NCBI GenBank assembly: GCA_004022145.1
Contig: RCNU01000007.1
Origin: Paecilomyces variotii
Taxonomy: Eukaryota
Reading direction: 5' to 3' (one strand)
Length of the DNA: 64,000 nucleotides
The first letter of the stretch is position 1. Each line of letters opens with the position of its first letter. Position numbers and translations under genes: made by a program. The notes beneath the pieces are model-generated. The model had not been told where the DNA came from, ran no database searches, and saw nothing but the letters and a program-made list of their open reading frames with translations. Of this stretch, positions 50,261-63,714 are shown piece by piece.

Positions 50261-52495
50261 GCAGCCCTCCACATACTGCTCTTGTTATATAAATGCATTG
50301 CTAATATTATACAGAATCTGAACGAACTGTTTCAACACATGGATATCTACTGTATAAGATATCATCCCGAAATAGACTACTGAGATTGCTTCTTTATTAT
50401 TTTAGGAGAGTTACTCTACGAGTAGTATAGGTGTGAAGGCTGACTAGGTTCCTATATCACTTGTACTGTATAAAGCTTGTATATAGTCACAGGAACTTTG
50501 ATACTCTCCATAAGAGATGATAGATAGAATCCAAGAAAACCTGCAGGAAAACCTATTATACGTTTACTTTATCCACTCCTGTATTATTAATTTCATCTTC
50601 AGCTGCCTAAAATACACCCACTAACTAACTCACTAACCCAATCTCTACTCTACACTAAGTATATACATAAGTACTCACAGTACAATCCCACACCTCATAC
50701 AACATATCACGTGCCCCCCTCTCCCCCAACTCCTATATTCAAAACCACCACATGCACTACCATATGGTAATATATAGAAACACCATAAGAATCAACATTC
50801 AACCCAATCTAAACTACCTAAACATACATCACAAACCCCATTCGCAACAAAAATCACATGATTTCTTTCCTCCGGTACAGAACTCGTTACGATGTAATGC
50901 ACACGCACACCCTCAAGTAAATGCCACATCCCTTGTTTGTTTAAGAGCAGCCAGCAAACTCCGCCCGAGACCCCCGCTTCCGGCGGCGCTGACACTTCGA
51001 TTCGTTTTAACTAAGTTAATAGGTGTAACTACCTAGGTAAATAACTAGATTTCAAGAATGTCTTGCGCATATCTACCTTCAATTACATTAACTCGAGTGT
51101 GTCTTAGGCAAGAAAGTGATAACTAAGGGAAGGGAAGGGGATTGTTTATTTGTTTCTTTTCTTTCTTGGTGGTTTTAGAAAGAGTATAGTACCTATATAC
51201 AAGGTACTTTAGTTAACTGGAGTATCCTCTCAAGTCCCGTATAATATAATCTAGATAGAGTAAATACGTGACGCGGGAAAGAGAACTACATACAATACCC
51301 TTAACTATTAGCCAATAATACTAAACACAGGACTACTATAGCTACCTAGGTAACCAACTAATAAAGTATACCTAGTCTAGTCTAGTCCACCATAAAACAG
51401 AAGCAATAACCCATCTATCCCGATTCACACGCCGTTCTAGGTAGTAGTTACCTAGACCTAGATGAAAAGTCAACGACGTCATTCCCAACGACGGATTCGA
51501 ATACTTTCGAGACTGGTCTATTCGATAAAACAAGATATACAAATATAAATACGAAGATGAATATGAAGCGACGTTGTAATAAAACAAAATCAAGCTGAAA
51601 CAGAATAAATCGCTATGAGCAGGGAACCGGGATTAGAAAGTTCTTGTTCTATACTCCCTATCAAAATAGAAATATCAGGTAAACGCTACAACAAAGAAAC
51701 AAAAAACCCTTTTTTCCCCCTCCCTTCTAAATTGCAGGTGCCGTAAATGCATTTCCCAATTACTTACCTAGAAACTGCATGCACACATCGGGTTTGGTCG
51801 CGATGGGTTCGGCTTGGACCGAGATCGAATTTGCCACCGGAAACGGACGTCCCGTCATGGATACGTCGACTGTCTTCAAGTGTTCACCTAATTCATGTCC
51901 ACACGGGCGGTCCTAGCTGGTTCCAGCATGTGGATGGATGTCTGGATAATGAGCGTAGAAATTCATCGAAGAACAACCCAACCGTTCGTGGGATGTCGTC
52001 GCCGGTCGTGGAATGCGGGGGACGAAAGCTGCATTCTGGAAGATCGATGTTCTCGGAAGCAAGTCCAGACTAGTCAGCTTGATGTCATCGGCCCGTCGTT
52101 GGTAACAATACGAATTTCGTGACTGTACTTGTCAGTTTTCAGATCCTATTCGATACTACTACTGTATGGATGGATTATGGAGATGAGAACCCGTAGAATC
52201 AATTCGTCAAGAAGGATAGAAATCTAATCGTATGACAGGCCCGTCACATCGACCCGGTGCTGCAGGGGAAAAAAAAGCAATGGGAAATCCAGTTCCACGC
52301 GCTATCCCCGCTCTAGGCGTATTCTAATAATGACATGCAAAACAAAAGGTATCGGTAGGTCTGAAGTAGAACCTGGGAAACAATTTGGCATCAAGCAACG
52401 GTCGTCAACACATAACACCCGTTTATTTTAGGAGACAAAAAAAATTTGAGAACGCCTGGCAAATGCAAGGGTAAGTCCGGCTGGGAGGAGACCGT

Positions 52496-53992
52496 TTACT
52501 CCACAGCAGAGACACCCTCACCGTGGAGGACGGGGTTGATCTTGGGGTTCCACCGGAACTCGAAGTCGTCGCCAAGCTCCTTGCGGACGGCGGCCTTGAC
52601 GGCTTCGAGAACATTGGGGAAGACTCCGAAGCTGGCAGGGTTGTTGGGGTCGTTCTCGCCCTCCTTGCTCTGGAAGACACCGGTACGGACCAAGCAGGTG
52701 TTCCAGCCGTACATGTTTCCACCGATGATGTCGGAAGCCGGGTTGTCACCAACCATGTAGATGTGCTCGGGCAATTTCTTCTCTCCGTGGAGCTGCTCCA
52801 CCCACGAGGCCATGACCTCGTCCGCGTACTTGTAGGTGGCCAGTTCAGGCTTACCGTAGACGACACGCTCGAGATCGACACCGGTGAGAGCCTTGTACTG
52901 GGCCTCGAGACCGATACGGAAGGCACCCATGGTCAGACGAGGAGTTCCCTTGTGTTCAGTCGGCATGAGCAAGTCACCCTGGGAGAAGTAGATGGGAATG
53001 CGGCTGGCAACAGGGTCCTCGGCCTTGGTGCCAATCCTGCCGTCCTCCGCGATCAGGAGGTCCATGATGACCTGGGTGTCGGTCTGGTAGTCACGAGGGT
53101 CAGCGAAGACCAAGATGGCGTCGAACTTGATCTGCGAGAAGTCGACAATGCGAGCCTCCTTCTTCTCCTCGGGAGTGAGAGTGCTCCAGGGAGAGACGGT
53201 AGGGTCCCAGGCCTGGATATCCTTGGGAAGGAAGACGTTCTTGAAGCCGTAGTTCTCTGCAACCTCGCGGATCTTGTATCCATCACCACCGACGACGAGA
53301 ACGGTCTCGTAGTACTCAGCCAATGCCTGCATCGGCGTGTGGGACTGGATGAACTGGTCGAGCTCGACGGGAACACCCAGGATCTCAGAGAGCTGCTTCG
53401 TGCGTGCCTCCTCGGTCTTACCGCTACCGTTGGTCAGGAGGATGTAGGGGATTCTGATGCCAAGCATGTTGTCCCCGTTGAGCATCTTGAGCGCCTCAGC
53501 ACCCTGGGGGATCAGGTTGTTTCCGTGAACCAGGACACCGTCGATGTCGAAGGCGAAGGCCATGTTCTTGACGGCCTTGACCTTGTCCTTGTGCATGTCC
53601 TGGATCTGGGAGGCCATGATCTCCCGGGACTTGAGCAGCGGAGGAGCACCCGCGCGCGCGCCATCCTCGCGGTTGACCACGGAAGACAGTCGGGACGGAC
53701 GAGGAGAGCGGGGAATGGGCAGAGACGTGCCAAAGGAGTTGCGAGATCCACGGCGGTCTCGCATCGAGGGAGACAAGCTCAGGTTGTGCATGTACTGCGC
53801 AGCATCACTGATCGAGCTTCTGGTAGCAGGCACCTCGATCGTGTTGCCGGGAGCATTGGGGTCTCCGGGAATGGCGATGGAACCGCGCGGAGCGGAGACA
53901 CTGGGACGAGTGTCTCTGGGGGACAGAGAGCCCGCCACTGGCGCAGGAGCGGAGGGATCAACAGCCAGGTCAGCGTCGTCGATGCGAGCCAT
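52496..53992 (-). CDS. cutA: HAD-superfamily class IIA hydrolase (CECR5/Cut-1 type)
   Basis: FAFDIDGVL (motif I), LLTNGSG (motif II), YGKP and YMVGDNPASDIIGGN (motifs III/IV), LVRTGVF. Lies head-to-head with gldB. Confidence 0.88.
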   Translation of the reverse strand: MARIDDADLAVDPSAPAPVAGSLSPRDTRPSVSAPRGSIAIPGDPNAPGNTIEVPATRSSISDAAQYMHNLSLSPSMRDRRGSRNSFGTSLPIPRSPRPSRLSSVVNREDGARAGAPPLLKSREIMASQIQDMHKDKVKAVKNMAFAFDIDGVLVHGNNLIPQGAEALKMLNGDNMLGIRIPYILLTNGSGKTEEARTKQLSEILGVPVELDQFIQSHTPMQALAEYYETVLVVGGDGYKIREVAENYGFKNVFLPKDIQAWDPTVSPWSTLTPEEKKEARIVDFSQIKFDAILVFADPRDYQTDTQVIMDLLIAEDGRIGTKAEDPVASRIPIYFSQGDLLMPTEHKGTPRLTMGAFRIGLEAQYKALTGVDLERVVYGKPELATYKYADEVMASWVEQLHGEKKLPEHIYMVGDNPASDIIGGNMYGWNTCLVRTGVFQSKEGENDPNNPASFGVFPNVLEAVKAAVRKELGDDFEFRWNPKINPVLHGEGVSAVE

Positions 53993-54819
53993 GATGACGG
54001 AATGTTCAAGAGGTATTGTGGTTGTCGTAGTTGTTGTTATGCTAGATCTCTATCTATCTATCTTATCTTGACAGAAGAGATGATGATGAAGTGGTGGGAA
54101 AAGAAAAGTAAGATAAAGAAGGAGGAAGGAGGAAGAGCGGTGGAATGAATCAACCCTCGACAAAGAAATTTCTTTTCGTGGGGAATCGGTGAATGAGAAA
54201 AAAAAATATCAAAAAATTCAATCCGGTCCAGGGACAGCAGGATGATATATATTGTTTCAATCGCAACCAGTGGCGGTCAGTAGGAGACAACGGAACCCGC
54301 CAAGCTCGCAGATGGAAGGCTGCCATGGGATCCACTCCAGGGTATCATCATTCCTAAGAATTATCGTCATCATTGGCAACACAACCATGTTGGGAGATCG
54401 AAGGAGCGGGAAAAGCGGAGCCGTGGATGGATCATGGAGCAGGCAAGTTGGGTTTGTCGCCAGTTGCAAATTAATTAATTGCTGTACCATACTACCATGT
54501 ATACTTCGGACGGCGCGGGTCAACCCTTGGGAGGGCCAGGATGTTACTGACGTGATAACTGCTGCGATAAGTGAAGCCCCCCCCAGTCAAGCCCCAGTCC
54601 AAGACCCCCCGATGACGAGAGGGCGTCGTGCAGCGGATAATGCAACCCAGCGGGACTGTGTACGCACGGCGCTCCGTGACTGGACGGGAGACCACCGCAG
54701 GAGTGGATCGCGCTGGGTGGAATTCGGAGGAGGGTCGTCCGTGGATGGGCAGTAGTAGTAGTAATTACCATAGTACCATAGCTGTTCTGTCCTGGTTAGG
54801 ACGAAATAATACCGTGGGT

Positions 54820-54873
54820 ATTATTATTATTATGATTATGATTATGATTATGATTATTATGATTATTACTATT
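54820..54873. repeat. (ATT)/(ATTATG)n microsatellite in the cutA-gldB intergenic region
   Basis: Visible directly as attattattattatgattatgattatgattatgattattatgatt. Confidence 0.9.
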
Positions 54874-55493
54874 TGATCTCTATGAGGGAATCTACCATAT
54901 GGATATGCCTGGATATACCATACCATATATACCTCACCATACCCGTATCGCCGTATCTAACGCTCCGGGGAAAACAGCACAAAACAACGCAGGGAACGAA
55001 CGACGATCGTACTCGGGCGGGTCAAACGCTCGCGCTGTTTCGACCCAAAAGAGAACAGTACCATAGACTAGTGGGGAGTGCCAGCGCCCACCGAACCATC
55101 GACCATGATGTCATCGCTCGCCGGTTAACCTCGCACGGCTGCCGATGCGGTTGCTTTTCTGCTGCTGCTGGTCAGTTGCCCTGAGCACCGCTTTCGCGCT
55201 GGCCCGAGGGAGCAGAGTCTGGTAACTTAACGTATTTGCGCACTCGGTTAACTACCATATGCCGTAGAGGGGGCTTCTTTTTTGGCGGTCCGTTCATAAG
55301 AGGGGCTCAACAATCAAACGCCCATCGACGTTGTTCTGCGCTCATCGAATAAAACATACCCTGCGTGCTCCTCCTGGTCTCTGATCTACTAGTACAGTAT
55401 CTCTCTTTCTTCCAACTTCACCACCACATACCCCGGCGTTTTTCCCCTCCATCGAAGAATATAGTATAGTTCATTGCAGATTTCATCGTCAAG

Positions 55494-56551
55494 ATGTCCT
55501 CCGGCGTCACCTTCACCCTCTCCAACGGTGTTAAGATCCCCGGAGTCGGCTTCGGTACCTTTGGCAACGAGGGTGCCAAGGGCGAGACGTACGACGCCGT
55601 CACCGTTGCGCTGAAGACGGGTTACAGACACCTGGACTGCGCATGGTTCTACAAGAACGAGGATGAGGTTGGCCAGGCCTTGAAGGACTTCCTCAAGGAG
55701 AACCCCTCCGTCAAGCGGGAGGACATCTTCATCTGCACCAAAGTCTGGAACCACCTGCACCGCTACGACGACGTCCTGTGGTCTCTCAACAACTCCCTGC
55801 AGAAGCTCCAGCTCGACTATGTCGATCTCTTCCTGGTTCACTGGCCCATTGCGGCCGAGAAGGATGGCCAGGAGCAGCCCAAGATTGGTCCCGATGGAAA
55901 GGTTTGTTGCCAATGCGTTTGAGCCGTGAGCTAAAAGAAAACGAAGAGAAAAAAAATATATACTGACTGCTTCGACAGTACATCATCCTCAAAGATCTGA
56001 CTGAGAACCCCGAGGAGACATGGCGCGCGATGGAGAAGCTCTACGAGGAAAAGAAGGCGCGCGCCATTGGTGTCTCCAACTGGACCATCAAGGGCCTCGA
56101 GAAGCTGTTCAAGTTCGCCAAGATCAAGCCACACGTCAACCAGATCGAGATCCACCCCTTCCTGCCCAACAACGAGCTGATTGACTTCTGCTTCAAGAAT
56201 GATATCCTGCCCGAGGCCTACTCGCCCCTGGGCTCGCAGAACCAGGTGCCCACGACGGGCGAGAAGGTCAGCGAGAACCCTACGCTGAACGAGATCGCCA
56301 AGAAGAACGGCTACACGCTGGCTCAGGTCCTCATCGCATGGGGTCTGCGTCGCGGCTACGTCGTGCTGCCCAAGAGCTCGAACCCGGCCCGTATCCAGTC
56401 CAACTTCAAGTCGATCGAGCTGTCCGACGAGGACTACGAGGCTGTCAACAAGGTCGCTGACCACCGTCACTTCCGCTTCGTCAACATGAAGGACACCTTC
56501 GGCTACGACGTGTGGCCCGAGGAGGCCAAGAATGCCATCAGCACCGAGTAA
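55494..56551 (+). CDS. gldB: NADP+-dependent glycerol dehydrogenase (aldo-keto reductase); intron 55902-55978
   Basis: IPGVGFGT, GYRHLDCAWFY (catalytic D/Y), ICTKVWN, LFLVHWP, AIGVSNW, NQIEIHPFL, AYSPLGSQNQVP, LPKSSNPARI, RFVNMKDTFGYDVWPEE. Confidence 0.92.
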
Positions 56552-59500
56552 AGGATGAAAAAGAGCTAGAAATTATGTTTACGGGACGATGACGATGCGA
56601 CGAATACGGTTAAGCAGTTTCTCTCGTGGAGTGAGGAAATGAAATTCGAAAAGAAAGCTGTGCTCTCAGGCCATGCTGCTGGTTAGCGGGGTCTAGGTAA
56701 TACATATGCCATATCAACCTAGGGTGGTTCATCCATCCATCCCACCACATCACGTCACGTCGGAGCTGAGCTGGGAAGGAGAGAATCCCTAGATGTAGAT
56801 AGACAGCGAATCAATTCTAGTCTGACTACGAAATTCAACATATATCCTAGTTTACCAGAATGGCATTATTATCCATCATCACCCATCGCATAGAATAACT
56901 ACATTACAACAATCCACACAAACACGAACAGATCTGCAAAAGCTACCCCTCCTTCACCCCTCCTCCGCAGCCCAAACAGGCAAGAACCGCGCAGAGCCGA
57001 CTCGGCTGGAGCTCGCACGGTCGCGACGCTACCAACCCTACACTTGCGATCCGCCAGCCAATCATGTCCTAGATGACTGGGCAAATCGGCGTTTTACCGG
57101 CATAAAAAACAACCTATTCCCGATCGAGCGAGCGGTGGACGTGGGCGGACAATAATAATTTGAGGGGAGCAGTTTGGGACACGCGGATCCAGTTTTAATT
57201 AATTAATTATGCGAGATGAGGCGGGAATTAATGAATTAATTAGTTAATTTGTTATTATTATTATTAGTCGGGTTATTATTTATTTGATTAAGATAGTTAT
57301 TTAATTTTAAATGAATTAATTATTATGTGATAGAGTGGTTCGTTTTTTAATTCCGTTCTGGTTCTGGTTCCGTAGAGTCGTAGACAGGTTAAATTGTTAT
57401 ATTTCATGAGTTGATTATTATTACCTAGGTAGGTAGTAACTCATAACTTACTCTGTCAGAGACGAAGAGTTGGTATTTGCACTGGATAAAGGGAAAAGGA
57501 GAAATCGATACCGAATTGGCGATCTATGCTTTCCAACATTCCGCCGTGAAGAAGAGCCTACGTAGGTAGGCAGGAAGATAGCGAAGAAACGATTACATGT
57601 GAATCTCAAAGATTCGACAACCTGTACTTAACATGTTAACAATCTTAAATAATATCCCAACTCTGTTCATTTCCTCCCTTTCCCACCAGCTGAAATACAT
57701 AATACTTACAGAGTACCATAATTTCCAGGCTCGAAATCCAGAATATCTGATTGGCAACCACACACCTCTCTAAACGAAACGCCCTTCATCTCCTTGGCAT
57801 ATATGTACTATGACGTGTGTGAAAAGATCCGCCCCTCTCAGTCCCCCTCATCTCCACCAGATAGTTATGTAACTAGTCAATTAACTCGGGCATAATTAAC
57901 TCCACTATCTAGGTAGGATACATTCGCTGATTATTAACCATTTCCTTATGCACCACTACGTAATATTACTGCGGATGGGCGGGGAGGATTACATACGTAC
58001 ATGTACATACATACATACATGGGTAGATACTAGAGGCTTAGAGGCTAAGAGTACTAACTAGGTAAATAACTAATCACTGCATCTGCTAACTAGACTATGT
58101 ATGTAGTAGGTTAATTTGGGTACCTAGTTATTGTATGTATGTATGTACAGTACGATAGTAGCTCGTAGGAGAAGTTATTCCTGATAGCAGGGAGTGAGCG
58201 ATACTTAGGACGCGCCTGAAGATAATATTAATATGTCTATGTACCATATGTATGGATCATCTAGGAATCAGTTATTCGACTTGTCTCGACGACTCGAGTC
58301 TCTGATCGGACGTTACGGAGTACTTTATGGTACTCTGGACAGACCGGGGATATAGTTACTACTACCTTAGGTACATACTTTGGTACAAGGGTAGAATCCC
58401 TGCACTGCACAGTACTTATTCCAGTCAAGACTTGGTATCTATCTGCTACTTGCATAAGATACGTCCTAGCATACTCATAGAGTTGATAACTTCTCCGTCG
58501 TAGTCTATGAGGTATAACTATACAATATGCAGAAGATCTTCCCCGCGCCGACATTTTTCTTTTATTCATGTTTCTAGGAGAACACCCGACGAAGAAAAAG
58601 AAGCACATGAGAGAAGAGATTCGGGTTCTCCATATCAGAAAAGAAATGAACTTCACACACACACTTCGCTGAGCTCTGATGCATAATAGATAGTAGTTAA
58701 GTTACCAGTATCATCCCCAAACTATGACATAGAGTAAGTTAACCTATGGTAATAATAGTTGCTCTCCTACACAGCGACAACAGTAGTTACAGTACTTACA
58801 ATACCACCCTACCAGCGCCTCCTCTAAACAGAATATCCAACAGCTTAGTTAGAACTCAAGCCAATATTATTATGCACGGTTACTGCTCTAGTAACAATAC
58901 CAAGAAGTTCATATTGCAGCAAATACATGATCAACAACAAAAAACCACCATCTGCCCTCTTCATCCACCGAAAAAGGGCGAATATGAAAATCCCAACCGA
59001 CTACGGAATACAGAATACGGGGTACGTACATACACACATACATACATACAGCACCACTCTACACACTACATAGCACACACTCTAGTTAGCCCTGCTAGTT
59101 ACCTTACCTACTTACTAACTCACTAGTTACAGAAAAGCTAAAGCATAACATATTACTTTCACTATGATCTACCTCTTATCATTACCAGATTCAGAAAGTA
59201 TAGACTATAGAGTAGTCTAGTAGTTATCTAGTGACTGACAACTCCGGGACAGAGACCGCCGAGGATCCAATCCAATCCAATCTAACGCAGGACAAAGAAC
59301 CCGATCGGTTTATGCAGGAGACCTAAAACTGCTACAAAATTGCTTTTCTTTTTTTTTTTGTTGATCATTGTTTTCTACTTGACTGACTATGAAGATACTG
59401 GTAACTACCCAGTAATGATAATACAGCTCATATACGATCCTACTCTAACTACCTACCTACTTAGTCTCCGCTCCAATCTCAACGAGGCGGTTAGTTTACT

Positions 59501-60082
59501 ACTAGCTATCTACTTTACTAGTAAATGATTTTTGTCTAGTTAAGAATCTTCACCTACCTACGTCATCGTCATCATTGCTATCCACATGAAATGCAGAGAA
59601 TGAAGAAATCCAATCCACACTATGACTGGCGCCGCGTGTAGGGCTCGACTAGCAAGCCCAAGTGGGAATTCGCCCATGCATCCGGAGGATCCATCTCGGG
59701 CAATCCCGGGTAGACTAGCTGGCCTATCAGGAAGGGCGCACACGATGCATGCATAGCTTGATTGTCGCAGTAGTTAATATAGAATAATTATGGTACTCTC
59801 TTGCTCTCTATGTACAAGGAACGATGAAGTTGTTGGAACCTTTCAGCCGGCATGTCCCTGGCTGTCTTCATCGTGGGTAAGAATGTCAGACCATCCATTC
59901 ATCCATCTATCCATCCATCCACCACCCACCATCCAACGCCTTTTACAACCATGATGCAGCAAATAATATGTACACGAACACAGAAAGATAGATGATCCAC
60001 ATGCCGCCAAAGTGGATGGATACGATTGTCCTCCACTTTCCTCCTCAACCAGGCACCGGTGCCAGATTACTATACTACACTA

Positions 60083-62041
60083 CTACCTCCTGGCCCGCAC
60101 GCGTTTCGGCATCGGCGTCGAGCCAGCTGCGGCGTGAAGTATGCCGGTGCTCTTGCTCTTGACCGGAGCTTTACTACTCGTGCTGCTGGCGGTCGTGCGC
60201 GCTGGCAGACGTGATCGCGCGATCGTACCCTTGGACGCTCCAGGGGCCTTGGGGACCAGTCGCTTGCGTTGACTGAGGTCGGACTCGGACGCGGTGGTGA
60301 CGGCCGTTGGGATGAGCGAGGCAATACTGGCGGGGGACAGGGCGCGGGGTGTGGCTGGTGCAGGAGACGGAGATGCAGTAGTGCAGGAACTAGAAGTACT
60401 TCCAGCAACCAGCTGCTCGCTCCACGACACCGTCTTGCCCTTCCCTCGACGCCGGCGAGATCGCGACGAGCCGCTGGTGGAGTCGCTGTCGTCCTCCTGC
60501 CGCTGTGCCAGAGTCTGCAGCATCTCCTTCGGCATCCGTGCATTGCCCCGGTTGCGCTTGGTGTTCCGGCGTGTGGTCAGCGCCAGCTCCTGGGCCTCGG
60601 TCCGCTGGAGGAACACAAACTCCGTCCCCTTCGGGCGGCGGACAGGGATCTGGTTGGGGACGGCGGGAGGTGGTGCGCGCTTGGGCGCTTTCGACGGCTT
60701 CGTCCTGCTGCTCCGGCGACGGGTTGGACTGGCGAGCTGGGGGTCCTCGGGTTCTCCGGGGCCAGCATCTTTGGAGTCTTCGCCAGCAGCGACCAGGGCG
60801 CCATCGATTTTGGCGGGGGATGGAGGTGCTAGAGACGGGGAGTTGGTATCGAGCTCTTCCAGGGCCCGACGGCTGCGAGGAGTGGGCGACTCTGGCACCA
60901 AATCTGCTGGAGCGGACTGAACCTGATCACCATCCTTCGGGGTCACTGCAGCGTGCGCGGCCCGTTTGGCTTTAGCTCGCGACAGGAAGTTGTTGAGCAG
61001 TTCTTCATCCTCGCCGTCCAGAGCAGCAGATCTCAGTGCCGATCGAATAAGAGTCGCCTCCTCAGCAATCAACGCTTTGCCCTCCGATGCGGCGCTTTGG
61101 CTCTTGTGCTCGATCACGACGCTGATCGCGGGGAACGGACCGTCCGGGCCTGGGGAGTTGCCATGGCCAATGCGAGAGCCTTTGTCCAAATTGGCCGCCG
61201 TCTCGGGAACCGTCTCGCCTGTCTCTTGTGAGTCTTGAGTATCCTGCCGGTGGCAGTCTGAATTGAAAGCTTGGACGAGAGCGGTGGCATCCTCATCGGC
61301 CACAGTTTCGCTGGCCTTTTCATCTTCACAGAGACTTGTGGGTTGATCACAGCTCGGGGCTTCCTTTGTTGGAGACGCAGGCAGGTCTAATGCAAGTTGG
61401 CCGTTCAAGAAGGTATCTTCGTCTGGACTTCCGCTGTCGGATGTCGCATCCTGCCCCTCACTTGGAATGGGCGAACTTCCTTGCGTATTGTTCTCAAATG
61501 CCGGGTTTGTTTCTTGCGAGTAGTTTTCCGGTCCGTCCTGGCCATCAGTTGCGGTCTCCGGTTGAGTAGCTGGGCGATGGCACTCCGTGTGTGTCGCGTA
61601 TTTTCCTGCATCAGGATCAGAAACTAACTCATGTCTCATCTATCAGTCGACAGAAAGCTCCTCACGTCTTCTGGTTGTCTCTAACTCCCACTTGGTTTCG
61701 AGAAAGGACCGTCCACGCTCGATCTCTCCGGCGGTAGCGACTCCGGGACCGTTGGTATCGAGACAACGTCTCTTCACGCCGCGGGCTAAACCCTTCGATG
61801 CGGATGAGTTGATCTCAGTCACCAGCTCATCTTCCTCATCACCCGCTGGCCGTCGGAGTTGTTTCATGGTGTCGAACGAGCTCCGGAAGCGCTTCCACAA
61901 TTTGCGCGGCCTGGAACGTGCCAGGAATGGCGTCGAGGGTTTGCGATCCCACAGGCGCGGCGCCTTTATCTTCGATACCGCGACGGGCGTGAACCGCCAC
62001 TGATTTGCAAAAGGTGAAGTGTTGCTGTGAAAAAAGACCAT
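60083..62041 (-). CDS. Hypothetical low-complexity, probably nuclear protein, 2 exons (intron 61606-61665)
   Basis: A GTGAGG...CTGAT...CAG intron removes the TGA/TAG between the 132-aa and 518-aa ORFs and joins them in frame (ETTRR-R-KYATH). Conserved-looking blocks: EDEELLNNFLSRAKAKR and ELALTTRRNTKRNRG. Confidence 0.8.
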
Positions 62042-63714
62042 GAAAGCGCGCCAGAGCGCGTTTCAACAACCTGTCAGCGACGATGACACCAAAGAATAAC
62101 GGACCAGCCAACAACTCCACCGCAATGTGGTCTCACCACATTAAACAAAAGTAGGATTGCATCGCAGATAATCACATCAAAAGCCTCATATCACATCGCA
62201 CCAGGAATGTGTATGTCAGACGGAGTAACTAACCATGTTGGGCCCGAGGAGCATATCCCGACTGTATCCTTTATCTCCATTAGGAGGCAGCAAATTGTCA
62301 ACGGAATGCTCGACAGTGACTTGAAAAGCGACGCGTTTTTAAGAAATATTATTATTCCCTTGTAGTAGAAACACCAGTATCGGATATTATTCCCTATGAA
62401 TCATTCATTAAAAAAGGGAGCGATAAGCCCGATGTCGTAATTTAAAGAAAGAAAGAAAGAAACAATAATTTAAAGCTGTCAACGTCCGTCGCGGAAGTTT
62501 GTTGTAGGAGTCGGCCCAGGTTCGTCGTCTGGTTGGCAGTTTCACCTGTGAGTGGGTTCGTCGTTGCCCTGCCAACACCACGCTACGGCGCATACGGGAA
62601 TTTAGTCTTGAATATGCGCAGAAAAGTGAGTTGATAATAATAAGAATTAGTTAGAGATATGGTCTAGTCATATGTATATATACCTCATGAAAGTAAAAGG
62701 TAGTATGGCTGCCTAGAGGTATGAAAACACATGTACTAAACTACATCAGTAAAATATACCCATCACAGCTCCGTAACGGATCTCTGAATTATTCATTTAA
62801 TTTTCACAGAGAGGTTAGGTACTAATCCTTACCTTGTTACTGTTACTGTTAACGTGACTATATCTTTCGTTTTCGAGGAAAGGTTCTTAAAAAAAAATGG
62901 ATATATTCAAGTCAAGTTAACCTCGGCCTCGATATCTCATTCTACCACTCTACAAACAACTCAATATGAAAAACTACTTAATACAGACGTACTGAGAAAT
63001 TATTAGATCCTCACTAACTGCTCAGTTATACATTGCTATGCTAATCGATGTTTTTTATACATACTTTACATTAAAAATATGTATCCTGATCCGTGAGAGT
63101 CCGTTACGTGACGAGTCAACTAGCATACTCTAGAGGTTTCAATCCGAGTCTTTCACGCTTGTCTTCATTTCATGATTTTAAGACTTTCAGGAGCGAATGG
63201 ATTTCTCTATCTGGGCCGTTCAAGGTCCAAACTTACCATCGAAATCAAGGGCTGCTAGGACTTCTACGTTCCCTAGTTATGGTCGTTTCTGGACACACAA
63301 GAGCTAGATATGGCTTGCTGTATATACTAATAATGTCCTCTAAGAAATAGACTCCTGACCCCAAAGGGGAGAAGCATATCTCTTCATCATAAATTTATAG
63401 GAACTCTGTAGTCCTGAGTGTATTTTGCTGCGAGTCTCGATATGGAGCACTGCGCAGTGGATGACATATTCTGTCCTGGCTTCATCCATCATCTCATCAG
63501 CTACAATGATGGGTTGCAATGCCCTTCCAGCGTAAGCCATGAGCATATAACGACGATCGACCCCAGCTGTTGAGAAAGCGGATTCATGGTCAGGAGTTGG
63601 ACATGTCAGGAGATAAGATATGTCATGATCGGGGAAGCCATCCCTAGTGTGTATTCACCATTATCCATTATAGAATTCCGAGGAACATAGTTATTGCGAG
63701 ATCGTCTCATCTCA

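Noticed and set aside
52523-54148. 541-aa plus-strand ORF antisense to cutA
   Set aside because: Typical shadow ORF of a strongly codon-biased gene; it has no motifs of its own.
61640-61645. Apparent stop-codon readthrough between two in-frame minus ORFs
   Set aside because: The stops lie inside a canonical 60-nt intron (61606-61665).
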